Of a stretch of DNA of 64,000 nt, positions 1-13,000 are shown piece after piece. The stretch's first letter is position 1. Each line of letters opens with the position of its first letter. Origin of the DNA: a virus. The notes under the pieces are model-generated. The model saw nothing but the letters and a program-made list of their open reading frames with translations. It ran no database searches and had not been told where the DNA came from. A program made the translations under genes and the position numbers. Location: positions 26,096 to 90,095 of IMG/VR virus record IMGVR_UViG_3300035670_000106. One strand, 5' to 3'.

Positions 1-3000
1 AGAAGTGCTAAGTTTTTATCTGTAGCTTTAACAGCCTCAGGCATATCGTCAAAGTTAGCAGCTGAGGAACAGCCTGTAGATGCAGTTGTAGCTCTTGGCA
101 TTATTTCTGCAGTAAATTCTGATACCTCTTTTATTTTAGATATATCAGAGGATCAAGCAAACTTTTTAGGTACTTATGGGGCTTCTGGGTCCAACTCTAC
201 TTTAATAAATCAGATTGTATCAACTAATAAAATAGAAACAGTTATAGATGAGCCCGTAGATAGTATAGTAATAGATATTTTATTCCCTCAAGGGTGTAGA
301 AAGATTATAACAGAAGGCAAGGCCGCGGGGAGTATTCGTGAAGCTAATCCTAGTCATATGATTCTATTTAAGAAACTAGATAGGGAAACTGGAGAGGAAA
401 TAGACGATGAATGGTTATCTTCCCCATCCTCAATTTTAAACTATATTAATCTATCCTCTAATTCTTTAACATTATCAACTCCTACTAGTATAGTGAGTAA
501 GTTTTCCATTAATCAATATGACGGATATAGCCCATTTAGTCTTAATCCTTGGGGGAGCGTATATTTAAGACCTTGGTATTATGATACTAGTAATATATTT
601 AATTATGCTGTAGTGTACTTAGAAGAAAATAGTACTACGTATAATGTAGTGTATTCTAGTGTTACAACAGATCCTTTAGGAGAAACTAAACCATTACAGT
701 CGGATAATGTTTTAGGTGCTTGGTACTACATTACTGATACCAGGGGAGACTATACGTATGTTACATACTATGGTGATAATAATGATAATAATTATGCTTA
801 TTACTATAACAGAGAGGAGGTAGGGTATGCTAGAAACTTTAAGTCTCTAACACTTGCTAAAGCAGAGGCAGAGAACTTAGGGAAAATTGTAGCTATATAC
901 AAACTACAAGGTAATAGTGTAATATCGGAAGTATATGATAACTTGTCAGAAAATTATGAAAGTCTAACTTCTGCTACTTATGTACAAAGTAGTGGTATAG
1001 TAACTTTAACTGTAAGTACTAACAAGCCTGTGTTAGAAGGTAGTATATTATATCTAGAATTTAATACATCAGATGCTAATAGGCCTGCTAACGGATACTA
1101 TAGAGTAGATGAGATAACCAGCTACAGTACCTCTGAAGTAGTATGCAAGTTAAAATCTACAAACAATAATACCTCTTCCGGCTCAGTAGATTTAATAAAA
1201 GCCTTAAAGTTATCGCAAAGTATACTTACTGTAGTTGACTCATCTTATTCTCCTCTTCTAACAAAAATATCTGGTACTACAGTTACTTTTGATAAGGGAT
1301 ACAAGGTATACGCACCAAGATTTAGTAGTGAAAAAATAGGGGGTAGTACTTCAGGTTTTTATAGGTATAAGGACGCTTTCAATGTAACATATACGAGAGT
1401 AACTAGCAGACTTTTTAAGTATAAAGTACTAATATTTAGAACTTCTGAACCTACTCATGATTATACATCAACCTATAAGTATCAAAACCTCTCTAAAAGT
1501 ATTATTCAAACTATTACTGGCATAAAAAGTAATGATGCTATTTCTTATGAAAATATAAGAAATAGAGATAATGAAAAAGTGCCGCTAGCATTAACAAGTG
1601 TTAAAGTCCGTGCGACCTCTCAAATTAGTGGCAGTACTGGAGCCCTGACAGGAGTAGCCCATTCTATAGTACCTGACTACGTAGGTATAAATAATATTAC
1701 ACTAACCTCTAATGGTACGACTTTATCTATAAAGTTTACTAATCCTATAATGTTATCTCAAGCTTATAAGTATAAGTATAGTAAGGGCTTCCAGTACTTA
1801 TTATTTAAGAATTTGAGTGCCTCTAGTGGGTATGCAGTACTTAATAATACTCTACTAAAAATAAACAGTTTTAACTATAGTACAAATAGTATTGAACTGT
1901 TAAGTACAGTAAACGCCCCAGACCATGTACTTAGTCAGCCAGAAAGCAACTTAATATTTACCTCATCTACAGAGTACGGAGAGCTTGATGTACCTCAAGC
2001 TAGTTTTGAAGTACTCAGCGATAATGAGAAATATTTAATATTAAAGGCAACAAATAGACTACCCCTTACTTCAGGAGTAACGTATATACTACAAGGAGGT
2101 GGGCTAGTATTTAATGGAGTACCTGCTAGTAACTATAAGTTTATTTACAGATATTCAAGTTTAATACGTCCTTATGCTAAATATAGCGGTATTGACCCAT
2201 CTTTATACAACTATGGGGCGTACTACGCTCATATGTTGGAGCCATTTAATTATACTTTTTTCACAGGGCTGACTAATCCTATATACCATGCTAGTATAAA
2301 TACTACAAGTAACCCTGCTAGATTATTAGGATTACCAACTACAAATTATACAGATATACTAGATACAGGAGCATTATGGGTATATAATACTACAAGTAAC
2401 CCAGCTAGCTTATTTAGAGCAGTATTGCAACATAATGGAAATGCTAAGAAAATACCTACAAGTAGTATTGATCTTGATAACTTAGCTTATTGGCACACTT
2501 TCTGTGAAAAGAACGGATATACATATAACGCGCTTCATGGTGGTAGTGCAAATTCTGTAGATAGCGTACTGAGAGATATAGCTGCAGCAGGTAGAGCAAG
2601 CCCCACACTAGTAAACGGTAAGTGGGGCGTAGTTATTGATGAGCCAAGAGACATAGTTGTACAACATTTTACTCCTTATAACTCTTGGGGCTTTGAGGCT
2701 ACAAAAAGTATATCGAAGATACCTAATGCCTTCAGAGTTCCTTTCTATAATGAAGCTAAAGATTGGGCAGAAGACGAAGTTCTAGTGTATAATACAGGAT
2801 ATACAGAGGGAAGATCAGTATATGAATCAAGTATAAGTGCTAGAGTAGTATCTACTAGTAGTATTGGTACATTATCTGGTCAAAAAACTATAGATGGAGT
2901 TACTGTTAATACAAATGATATAGTACTAGTAGCAGGGCAGTCTAATAGCTTATCAAAAGGGCATCCAGAGAATGGCCTATGGGTAGTTAATACCTCAGGA

Positions 3001-6000
3001 AGCTGGACCAGGCATACCAGCTTTAGTACTGCCTTTACTTTTACAGCAAATCTTGTTATAAAAGTATTAGAAGGTACTGAATATTCAAGTACCAAATGGT
3101 TATCTGAAAAAACTCCTATAGCTTTAGGATATGATAATATATCTTTTGTACCTTATATCGGCCCTGCTACCTTATACGAGACAATAAATCTACCTGGTGT
3201 TACTAACTATGCCCAAGTAAAAAATCTTGCGAAGTTCCACTTAGCACAGCTAAGACTAAGACCAGAAATATACACATTAAACGTAGATATGGAACATATA
3301 GTTTGTACTAGGGGGGATTTAGTAAAGGTAACTCACGATGTACCTCTATGGGGTACAGGGTCAGGTAGAATAACTTCCGTTTCTTATGACGGTACTAGTC
3401 TAACTACTATAAGTATTAGTGACTATATACCTTTAAAAGCTAACACTACTTACAGAATTATTGTACGTAGTAGTGATACCATACTTCAACCCTCGGTAAA
3501 TGACAGTACACAAGTATACACCTGTATAAATAAAGTGTCAGACGGATTCTATAATACTTTAAGTATTGCAGGAGATAAGACGCTAGATACAGTAGTTGGA
3601 GATCCTTTAGCTTTAATACTAAAAGAGGATAATCTTTTTGTGTTAGGAGAAGTGGGGCAGGAATCCGCTGAGTGCCTGGTACAAAGTATAGAGCCTTTAG
3701 ATAATCTTTCAGCAAAAATAACTTTAGTTGACTATTCTCCAGAAATATATGATCTTATAAACTCAGATGAGCCAATATTAGACTATGTATCTAATATTAG
3801 TGATCCGGTAATACTAAAACCTGCCACTGTCAGATTTAAACCTAATGTAGTAAATGTATTTTCCGATGAATCGGTAATGTCAGTAGTTAGTAAAGGTAGG
3901 TATAAGTACGGTATAAAATTAACTTTTAAAAATATTAGTACTAAAGAAAATATGAAGGACCTTAAGTTTATAGAATGCTCACTAAGACCTTCTACAAGTA
4001 AGAATTCAAGAAGCGATAAGTGGTTATATAATAAGATTATTAAAATAGAAGATGCTACAGTTTTATTTGATGAGGATATTGATGAAAATGCCTGGTACGA
4101 CTTTAGAGCAAGGTACATATCTGCTCTTGGAGTAACTGGTGAATGGACAGACGCTAGAAATTATGTGGGCAAAGATAGATTTAACTACTATTACAGCACC
4201 TATAATACTGCAGTAGTTACTGAGTACTCTAATTACATTGATACAGACATAGTTAAGCTATTAAAACCTATGAAATTTCAAATTCAAGGTAGGATTAATC
4301 CTCCAAAAAATATAAGTGGAGCTCAAGCTTCTTACATAGATAGTAGAGTTAATATAGATTGGGCGGATAATGAAGAACCAGACCTAGGCAGGTATGAGGT
4401 ACGATTGGCAGACTCAAATTGGGGTGTGCTAGTTGATCCTAATAACTTAACAAAACGTCACCCAGACCTTGTATACAAGGGGCCTAATAGCGAATGTTTC
4501 TATCCTCTACCAAAACTAGATGTCGGAGTACAGAGTACTACTAATAATTTCTACTTAAAAGCCGTAGATACTGCGGGGCATTTTTCTACGGATCCAATAC
4601 TGCTGTCAGTACCTTACCAAAGGCCGCCAGCCGTAGCTGGAATTGTAACAGATGTTAAGTCTACTACAATTCCTTTAGATGAGGGGAGTACGGTAGAAGT
4701 AAATGCAACGGTATCCTGGAGCCCCGTAGCTCCAGTAAATGGGATGATAATAGCAGGGTATGAAATAAGGACTGCTGCTACAGTACCTACTGAACCTCCT
4801 CCTCTGAGTTCTTTTGGAAGTTCAAGTACTATAGATGGTAGTGCTTTAATCTACAGAGGTAGTGTAACTACTACTACTATTCCAATTGACCCATCCATAA
4901 CTAATACATACTATATTAGAGCGTATGACCTAAAAGGCAACTACTCTTGGACTAACTCTACTATTACAATTGATGCTAGACCAGCTTTAGCTGCGCCTTC
5001 AAGTGTTGCCGGAAAATTAATATTGAGTGCAGGCCAACTAGAGATAGATTGGACTACTACAATGCCAAGAAGGACAAAAGAATTTGAGGTAAGAACTACT
5101 AATTCTAATTGGTGGACAAGTAATACTAATTTAGTGTACCGCGGATCTAATTCTATCTGTAAAACATCAGAGCTACTTAGCCTTACTAGTACTCCTAAGA
5201 CCTACTATCTAAGAGCTAGAGACTCCTTTGGTATAGAGTCTGCAGTAACAACTTATACCCATGCTATGACAGATTTAGTGGCACCATCAGGTGTAATAGG
5301 TACCCCCGATAGTACTACAGGAGAATTGATAATAGACTGGACTACCACAATGCCTGGAAGAACCATCAACTATGAGGTTAGAACGGATCAGAATTGGGGA
5401 GTACAAAGTACTCACTTAATATATAATGGTAGTGCCTCTATTTGCAGAACTTCTAGGCTACTAAAGAATGGTAATCCTACAAAAACCTACTATTTAAGAG
5501 CAACAGACGTTTTCGGGCAAATTTCTAGCGTAACTACATTTAATTACTCCTATGCGTATCCAAGCGTTTTAGATGACGTAGTACATCACTTTAACGATAA
5601 ATCAGACACTCAAGACTCTATTACTGTAGATTGGCCAGAATCAGATCCACCATTTGGACTAAAAGACTATAAGATTAGTTACCCAGCAGAAGTATTAACA
5701 CTTACTAGTATTTCTAGAGATGCTAGCGGTACAATCTATGGTACTTTTGCCTCTACACCCATGAATCTAATCAAAGGTAAAGTAGTAACTATCTCAGGAG
5801 CAGCTAATTCTGCACTTAATGGAGATGCTACAATTATTTCTAGAAATATGACTACTAATACTTTTACTGCATATCAAGGAGGTGGAACTATATCAGTTTT
5901 AACAGGTACTAATGTAGGGCAAGTAGTCTATACTATAACTAAATTTATAGCTACAAGTAGTCACGAATTCCCCTTTAACTGGACAGCTACCAAAACTATT

Positions 6001-6978
6001 AGTGTACAAGTACGCGATAATAACAATGAATTATCTCCTGTGTACAACCATGATATTCCATATATTAAGGTAGGGCAAGTTCCTCAACCTACTCTAACTA
6101 TATTATCTACTACAGGTAGAATATTTGATGGTACTTATACACATGCTAACACTTCTAATCAGATAGTAATATCTACCACTTCTGGCGAAGAGCATAAATT
6201 TAATGTTGGCAATATAGCTATTATAGATTTTCTTACAGGAAATGTATCTACTAATTCGGCATATGATGATAAGTACACCGTAGTATCGAAAACCTCTAGT
6301 ACTTTAACTATTGAGTCTAGTAGTTTTACTGCATTAGGAGCGTCATCCGGGTCTGTAAAAGTCACAGCAGCTAATGCAACTCAGAATCTTATATTAGATT
6401 GGAAGAAGCCTACTAAAGGTAGTCTGCCTATTGCGGGTTATGAGGTTCGTACAGTTAATGCCAATTGGGGCACCATGGATGATACTGTAGCTTGGTATGG
6501 AAGAAATAGCCAAGTAACTCTATCAGACATAAGGGCCGGAACTCCTATGACCTGGTATATTAAAGCATTTGATACAGATTTTGTGTATAGTGATACTGCC
6601 CGAGTTGTAACTCATGATATTGTTAAACCCAATAATATCACTAGTGCTACTATGAAGCGGGTAGGTAATAATCTAGTTATTACTATAAATGCGAATCAGC
6701 CTCCTGATTTTTCTGTGTACAGACTTATTATTGGTAAAACTAATGATGGTGTACCTGTATCAGGAGATTTCTGGGATGACGATCTAGCCGTAGCACAGTG
6801 CCTAAGTCTTGACTCAAAAACAAACATAGTTACAATATCTCTAAATAGATTCAGTAAGCAAAATACAGGAACAAGAATATACTCCACGTATAGATGTGGT
6901 ATAAAAATAGTAGATAAAGGAGGTAATGAATCTCCATTGGCTAAATATTGTAGTTATACCTATAATCAGCCTTCATAA
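1..6978 (+). CDS. Tail tip / central fibre protein (lambda J-like host-specificity protein) with C-terminal fibronectin-III-like repeats; 5' end lies outside the window
   Basis: Frame 1 is open from base 1 (includes DILFPQG). J-like motifs: TSNPASLFRAVL, LDNLAYWHTFC, VLRDIAAAGRASP, RGDLVKVTHDVP. Repeated IDW...YEVR...YYLRA.D FN3-like modules. Confidence 0.8.
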   Translation, partial: RSAKFLSVALTASGISSKLAAEEQPVDAVVALGIISAVNSDTSFILDISEDQANFLGTYGASGSNSTLINQIVSTNKIETVIDEPVDSIVIDILFPQGCRKIITEGKAAGSIREANPSHMILFKKLDRETGEEIDDEWLSSPSSILNYINLSSNSLTLSTPTSIVSKFSINQYDGYSPFSLNPWGSVYLRPWYYDTSNIFNYAVVYLEENSTTYNVVYSSVTTDPLGETKPLQSDNVLGAWYYITDTRGDYTYVTYYGDNNDNNYAYYYNREEVGYARNFKSLTLAKAEAENLGKIVAIYKLQGNSVISEVYDNLSENYESLTSATYVQSSGIVTLTVSTNKPVLEGSILYLEFNTSDANRPANGYYRVDEITSYSTSEVVCKLKSTNNNTSSGSVDLIKALKLSQSILTVVDSSYSPLLTKISGTTVTFDKGYKVYAPRFSSEKIGGSTSGFYRYKDAFNVTYTRVTSRLFKYKVLIFRTSEPTHDYTSTYKYQNLSKSIIQTITGIKSNDAISYENIRNRDNEKVPLALTSVKVRATSQISGSTGALTGVAHSIVPDYVGINNITLTSNGTTLSIKFTNPIMLSQAYKYKYSKGFQYLLFKNLSASSGYAVLNNTLLKINSFNYSTNSIELLSTVNAPDHVLSQPESNLIFTSSTEYGELDVPQASFEVLSDNEKYLILKATNRLPLTSGVTYILQGGGLVFNGVPASNYKFIYRYSSLIRPYAKYSGIDPSLYNYGAYYAHMLEPFNYTFFTGLTNPIYHASINTTSNPARLLGLPTTNYTDILDTGALWVYNTTSNPASLFRAVLQHNGNAKKIPTSSIDLDNLAYWHTFCEKNGYTYNALHGGSANSVDSVLRDIAAAGRASPTLVNGKWGVVIDEPRDIVVQHFTPYNSWGFEATKSISKIPNAFRVPFYNEAKDWAEDEVLVYNTGYTEGRSVYESSISARVVSTSSIGTLSGQKTIDGVTVNTNDIVLVAGQSNSLSKGHPENGLWVVNTSGSWTRHTSFSTAFTFTANLVIKVLEGTEYSSTKWLSEKTPIALGYDNISFVPYIGPATLYETINLPGVTNYAQVKNLAKFHLAQLRLRPEIYTLNVDMEHIVCTRGDLVKVTHDVPLWGTGSGRITSVSYDGTSLTTISISDYIPLKANTTYRIIVRSSDTILQPSVNDSTQVYTCINKVSDGFYNTLSIAGDKTLDTVVGDPLALILKEDNLFVLGEVGQESAECLVQSIEPLDNLSAKITLVDYSPEIYDLINSDEPILDYVSNISDPVILKPATVRFKPNVVNVFSDESVMSVVSKGRYKYGIKLTFKNISTKENMKDLKFIECSLRPSTSKNSRSDKWLYNKIIKIEDATVLFDEDIDENAWYDFRARYISALGVTGEWTDARNYVGKDRFNYYYSTYNTAVVTEYSNYIDTDIVKLLKPMKFQIQGRINPPKNISGAQASYIDSRVNIDWADNEEPDLGRYEVRLADSNWGVLVDPNNLTKRHPDLVYKGPNSECFYPLPKLDVGVQSTTNNFYLKAVDTAGHFSTDPILLSVPYQRPPAVAGIVTDVKSTTIPLDEGSTVEVNATVSWSPVAPVNGMIIAGYEIRTAATVPTEPPPLSSFGSSSTIDGSALIYRGSVTTTTIPIDPSITNTYYIRAYDLKGNYSWTNSTITIDARPALAAPSSVAGKLILSAGQLEIDWTTTMPRRTKEFEVRTTNSNWWTSNTNLVYRGSNSICKTSELLSLTSTPKTYYLRARDSFGIESAVTTYTHAMTDLVAPSGVIGTPDSTTGELIIDWTTTMPGRTINYEVRTDQNWGVQSTHLIYNGSASICRTSRLLKNGNPTKTYYLRATDVFGQISSVTTFNYSYAYPSVLDDVVHHFNDKSDTQDSITVDWPESDPPFGLKDYKISYPAEVLTLTSISRDASGTIYGTFASTPMNLIKGKVVTISGAANSALNGDATIISRNMTTNTFTAYQGGGTISVLTGTNVGQVVYTITKFIATSSHEFPFNWTATKTISVQVRDNNNELSPVYNHDIPYIKVGQVPQPTLTILSTTGRIFDGTYTHANTSNQIVISTTSGEEHKFNVGNIAIIDFLTGNVSTNSAYDDKYTVVSKTSSTLTIESSSFTALGASSGSVKVTAANATQNLILDWKKPTKGSLPIAGYEVRTVNANWGTMDDTVAWYGRNSQVTLSDIRAGTPMTWYIKAFDTDFVYSDTARVVTHDIVKPNNITSATMKRVGNNLVITINANQPPDFSVYRLIIGKTNDGVPVSGDFWDDDLAVAQCLSLDSKTNIVTISLNRFSKQNTGTRIYSTYRCGIKIVDKGGNESPLAKYCSYTYNQPS

Positions 6979-6987
6979 TATTAACAC

Positions 6988-7017
6988 ACCAGGATGCCTT
7001 AGCATCCTGGTATTTTA
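6988..7017 (+). terminator. Hairpin / probable intrinsic terminator
   Basis: ACCAGGATGC-CTTA-GCATCCTGGT followed by ATTTTA. Confidence 0.55.
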
Positions 7018-7029
7018 TAGAGAGAAAAT

Positions 7030-10000
7030 ATGGCAGCAACACTATCAACACTTCCAGGAGGTTTTAGAATTGTAGTAGCTATACCTCAAGAGTCTGGAGA
7101 AGCTCGTGATGATATTTATGGTATAAAGGTATGGTTTGGTACTAATAATACTTTTGATCCTCTTAGTACAGATACACCAGGTCCAACCACTACTGGTATT
7201 TTAGGATATGACGGCACAGATTTTTATTCTGATATATATACTGGTAGCACATATATTGGTACCCCACTGTATGTAAAGTATGTCTTCATAAATAGAGCTG
7301 ACTATGCTTATGAGTCTTCAGATATAATTTTAGCAAGTGGAACAGTAACTCCAGAGCCTTCTAATTTAACAGGGTCCTTAACTACTCCAGCCAGTTTAGT
7401 ACAAACAGATTCTTCTGGTAATGGGGGTGTATATACTAATTCTGGCGGTATTTTCAAGGTGTTTGAAGGTACTGTAGACAAGACAGGAAACGGCCCAGTT
7501 TACAGCGTTCAAAGTACTAGTACTGGATTAACTGTAAGTATAGGTACGGTAACAGGTGCCTATACAATTACAGGTCTTAGTGTAGATAGTGGAGTAGCTA
7601 CACTTCGAGCTGCCTATAGAGGTATTAATATAGATCTTAATTACTCTATAGCCAAAGCTAAAACTGGTATTCAGGGAGCTAGCGGGGCTGGTGGTATTAC
7701 TGTAATTCTAAGTAATGAAAGCCACTCCGTACCTTCTGCTAGTGATGGGAGTTCTCCTGTTTTAACAGGCTCTGGCACTACAGTTAAAGTATTTGAGGGA
7801 GGCACAGAATTAACTTATGTTGGTACCGCCTTTGGTACAGCAAGTACTTCTGGTACCTGGAACTTCAATACAATCGTAGGTACTAATGTAACAGTAGGTT
7901 CTATAACTGATAGTGGTACTCACTGTACTATAGGAGATATTACGGGCTTTACGCAGGATACAGGGTACATAACTTATACTATTAATGGTAAACTAGCAAA
8001 TGGTGTAGCTTTCTCAAATGTGCAGAAAATACAGTCTTTTAGCAAGTCTAAGACCGGAAGCATAGGGCCTCAAGGGTCTTTAGGACCTACAGTTTCCCTA
8101 TCTTACAGTAGGGATCCAGTATTTGCATACACTGATAATACTGCTACAGGCGACACAAGTAATGTTATCTTAACTGCTACTTGTAATGCTATGTCCGGTC
8201 AGACTTACTTATGGTACAAAGATGGCGTTTCTACAGGTACAGCTACTTCAACCTACACTGTAACTTCAGCGGTTTTCTCTACAAGTGTACGTAGCGCTGT
8301 TTATAAATGTGTAGTCACTTATAATGCTCAAACATATACAGATAGTGTAACAGTTTTTAGGTCAGATAGGTCTACAGCTGAAGCTAATGCTACAGTAGGA
8401 GCTACCTGGGGTACTAATATTACCAGCCAGCCAGCTAATAGTGAGTTATATAATAGTCAAATAAACGTAGATTCTGGAGTAATTACTTTCTACTATAATA
8501 CTGCGCAAGGTTCAGCCCCTACTACACCAGTAATAGGTGCAGGAGCGTACAATTTTAGTACAAAAACTATTACAGCACCTGCTAGTTGGAGTATAACACC
8601 ACCAACAACTGGTACAGGAAAAGTATGGACTACTACTACTATTTTTAAAGGAACAGGACATACTGCTACTGCAGATGATGGTACTAACACATTTACAACT
8701 CCTTTATCTGCTTATGATCTTAATGCTACCCTAGGTGCGCCAAGTGGAACCTACGTAGGTTCCACTTTGGCGCAAGATGTAGAAACTTACTCGTCTACAG
8801 CGTATTCAGGAACTACTAATTATAGAACAACCGGATCTCCTACTAACTCAGTAACTTTATCTGGTAGTACTGCAATAACAGCTACTGCAGATGGTAATGC
8901 TCTACTAAGTATTGATTATACGTATTCTCAAGGAGCTAAGACCGCTGATGGTTTATGGATTTATTATTCTTCAGATTCTTCAGTTACAGTAGCAGATCCA
9001 GTTTTAACAGTAAACCCTACTAGCGGCACAGTAAGAGTAGGAGTACTTCCGGGCCAAAGCTATTATGTAGGTGCTCAAGCATTTAGACGTACCGAAAATG
9101 GTAATGAAGCTACTGCTATGGTTACTGCAGGCCCTATAGCCTCTGTATCTAGTAACTATACTGGCAGTTTAAATGGTACTGTAGCTAGTACTGTAGTTAC
9201 TAATGCTTCTAATGGTGCTACAGCTTACTCAGGAACTACTAATTATAGAACTGCAGGTACAGCTACTAACCAGCCTGCTATAACAGGTGTTACCACAAAT
9301 GCTACAGCAGATGGTAATGTTATAGCTAATATTGCATATACATATACTCAAGGAACACTACCAGCAGACAGTATTGATATATACTGGGCAGAAGGAACTG
9401 CATCCCCTACTACTACTAGCCCTAGTATTAGTGTTTCTCCAGTATCTGGTAATCTATCTATACCAGTTAAGCCGTCTACTAATTATAGGTTTGGAGCTAG
9501 AACTAATAGAGTACTAGATTCAGGTATTACTTCTAGCAGCATTACGGTATACACTACTACTGTAACAGCAGCTGCTAGTAACTATACTGGCAGTTTAAAT
9601 GGTAATTTAATTAGCGCACACTTAAACAGTAATATTACAGTTGATACTAACGGAATCCTACAAGGTATTGGAACACCTGGTATATCAGTTAATAACACAA
9701 AAGCTTGGTCTTCAATTGATACAGGTGTACTAACCAATGATAAATCTTTATATGTGGGAAGTACTACTACAGGTGTTTTAATTAGTTCTACTACTAATAA
9801 ACCACGAGTAACAGTCTTAGAAAGTAGTACAGTACGTGCTAATTACGGGCAGCTTGATGCAATAACAGTAGGTGGTGGTACAATACCTGCAGGTTATGGA
9901 CTATCAGCATATGACCCTAGTGGTAATTTAGTATTCGATACCAGGCTAAGTGTAGGAATTAGGGGTAATATTAGCACTAATAATTTTGCTTTTGGTACTT

Positions 10001-13000
10001 CAGATGTTCTTCCTAATTATAATACTACAGACTATGGGTCAAATAGTATTGGGCTTGGTACTAATGTTTTAACAGGAGGTAATGTTGCTCGCATAAATTG
10101 TGTAGGTATAGGTTCAACAGTTTTATCTAATTGGACTTCTCCATATTCAGTAGGTATAGGTACAAATGTACTTTCTGGAAATTTTACTGGAACCGGCAAT
10201 GAGAAAAATGTAGCAATAGGTACTAATATACTATCACTTGCTGGAAATGCTTATAATCCACAAAGATCAGTTTTTATTGGCAATGATATATTGTCAGTAG
10301 AATCTGGAGGCTCCCAATATGATAGTATACTAATAGGTTCCAGCTTAGCTAATAGACTAAATACTATACAATCCTCTGTATTAATAGGTAACGATATAGC
10401 TTCCAGTAATTACTGGTTTGCACAAGGTATTAATGATAGCACTATAAACTCCGTAATACTAGGCAAAGGGGCCGCATATGCTATTAGTAACTATAAAAAT
10501 GTCTATAGTACCAAGGGTAACGTAGTAGTAGGAGATTCCGCAGGGTATAACCTATGCTCTACAGGCACTGGTGTATCTGCTACTTATACTAATTCCGCTG
10601 GCAGTACATCGATAACTATAAACAGTACTGCACATGAGGTACCCTTAAGTGCTATAGTTTATATTGATTTCACTGGTACTAACCCCCCTACTAGTGGCTA
10701 CTATACTGTAAGCGCTGTATCCACAAATAGTTTTTCTGTTACTCATGGTTCATCCTTAGGAACAGCGCATACTACTATAGCATGTAACTACTCTAATGAT
10801 AAAATCATAGGAGGATTTAGTACAGGTAGTTATAATGTTTTATTAGGGTATGGGGCAGGGTCTTTTATTACTACTGGATATGGTAATATAGCTATAGGTG
10901 TAGGTACTCTGGGATCTTATCAAACGCCAGATTCTGCTATAAATACACCAGCCTATAGAACTACAGGTAGGGACAATATTGTTATTGGTAATAATGCTGG
11001 TAGGATAGGGGGCAATGGTGCAAGAAACATATTTATTGGGTATTTTGCAGGAAGTAGTTTTACTGGAACAAATTCAGATGTAGTAATAATAGGTGGACAC
11101 ACAGGAGCCAGTTTAGGTAGTAATGATATTGTTATTGCTGATGGGGCTGGTAATAGTAGACTATTTTGGGACCACTCAGCTTCTAAGTGGTTGACTAATA
11201 ATTTAAGTCTTGATTTAGGTTCTGGGAACTTAATAACTTCAGGTACTGTAGATGGTGTAGATATATCTACATTGGAGTCTGCTGTAGCTAAGACTGCTGA
11301 TAGTGAAACAATAACAAATAATTGGTCATTTACTGGTAGTGGCACAACTATAGGGGGTAGTAACTTCGACAATGGTTGGTTGAAAATAGGAAGTAGTACA
11401 ACAGGATGGGCTTTCGACGGTAATGAGTTTTATACAGCAGGAGATTGTATTATTGGCTCATTAGTTGGCAGTACAATGACTTTTAGTAATAGACCTGCTT
11501 TTAATGGTGGAACAACTGGAACGGATTCGCCGTTTACTGTAGATAGTACTTATGTTGTTGCTAATCTAAATGCTGATTTACTAGACGGTAATGATAGTAG
11601 TTATTTTATTGACACATCTGCTACTTCACAGACTAAATCTGGTAATTTAACTGTAGCGGATTTAACTGTATCTGGTGGAAATGTTATATCCAATACTTCC
11701 TCTAGTAAAGTCAAATACTCCGTATATAGCGATGCTTCAACTTATGGAATGGGATTCCAATCAGCAGTAACTTATGGTGGGTTGAATGATTGGGCAGTTA
11801 CTTTCTCAAATAGTAATATCAATGCTAGAGGATTTTGGTGGGGGGACACTACGCATACATTAGCTCAAGGAGCAATGGCCCTTACTACTAATGGATTGCT
11901 CACTGTAGCTGGTGGTATGAGATTAGGATTTGGGGAATCTGACGCAACAGACCCCACAACCGGAAAGTTAGAAGTTAATGGAGATATAACAACTTCTGGT
12001 AGTATTAGTACTTCGGGGCAGTTTATTTCCTCAATATCTACCGGAACTGCTCCCTTATCAGTTGCTTCAACAACACTCGTATCTGATCTAAATGCCGATA
12101 AAGTAGATAATACTGACTTAATAGATTTTTGGACGTCTAGGGAGTATAACTTTGCTGAAGGTGCTTATGTTGGTTTAAATTCTTATTATAATTCGGGATG
12201 GTACACTAGAACTGCACAAGATGGAGCATTTGCTTGGAGGAATGGAGGCGATGGTGTTGGTTTACAATTATTTGTAAATGATGGTCCTGTTTCAGCAAAT
12301 ACAACATTTACTTATAGCGCATATGCTTGGAGAGATGGGGACTTTTTCTCTAATTCCAATAAATTTTGGCACGCTGGTAATGATGGTTCTGGTTCAGGTT
12401 TAGATGCAGACTTATTAGATGGGTATAATTCCTCGCAAGCAAATACTATAAATACAGTTGCAGTTAGAGATGGTTCTGGAGATATTAATTGTAGATTAAT
12501 TCGTCAAGAATACACTGATCAAAGTACCATTTCAGGTGGAATGGTGTTTAGAGTTAATAATTCAACAGATAATTATTTAAGAGTTTGCAATAGCACTTCT
12601 GCAATAAGAACGTACCTTGGGTTAGGATCTTCAGCAACTGTTAATACTGGAACTTCAGGTAATACCATCCCATTACTCGATGGTACCAATACTTGGTCTA
12701 ATAATCAGTCAATTTCAGTATCTTCAGCAGGGTCAGCATTAACTGTAACAAACTCAAATACAGCAGGAACCTCTTTAGTAACTTCAGGTATAACTTTAAT
12801 AGATTCCACACAGTCTGTAGCTTATGCTAGTGATGTATATCCATCCTTACAGGTAAATGATATAAACCAAAGAGCTATAGGTTTAAGTACATGGTCAAAT
12901 AGTGCTAATGGTCCTGTCATATACTTTGCAAAATCTCGTAGTACAACTATAGGAACATTTAACTCTACTACTAATACTATAGCAGCTGGAGATAACTTTG

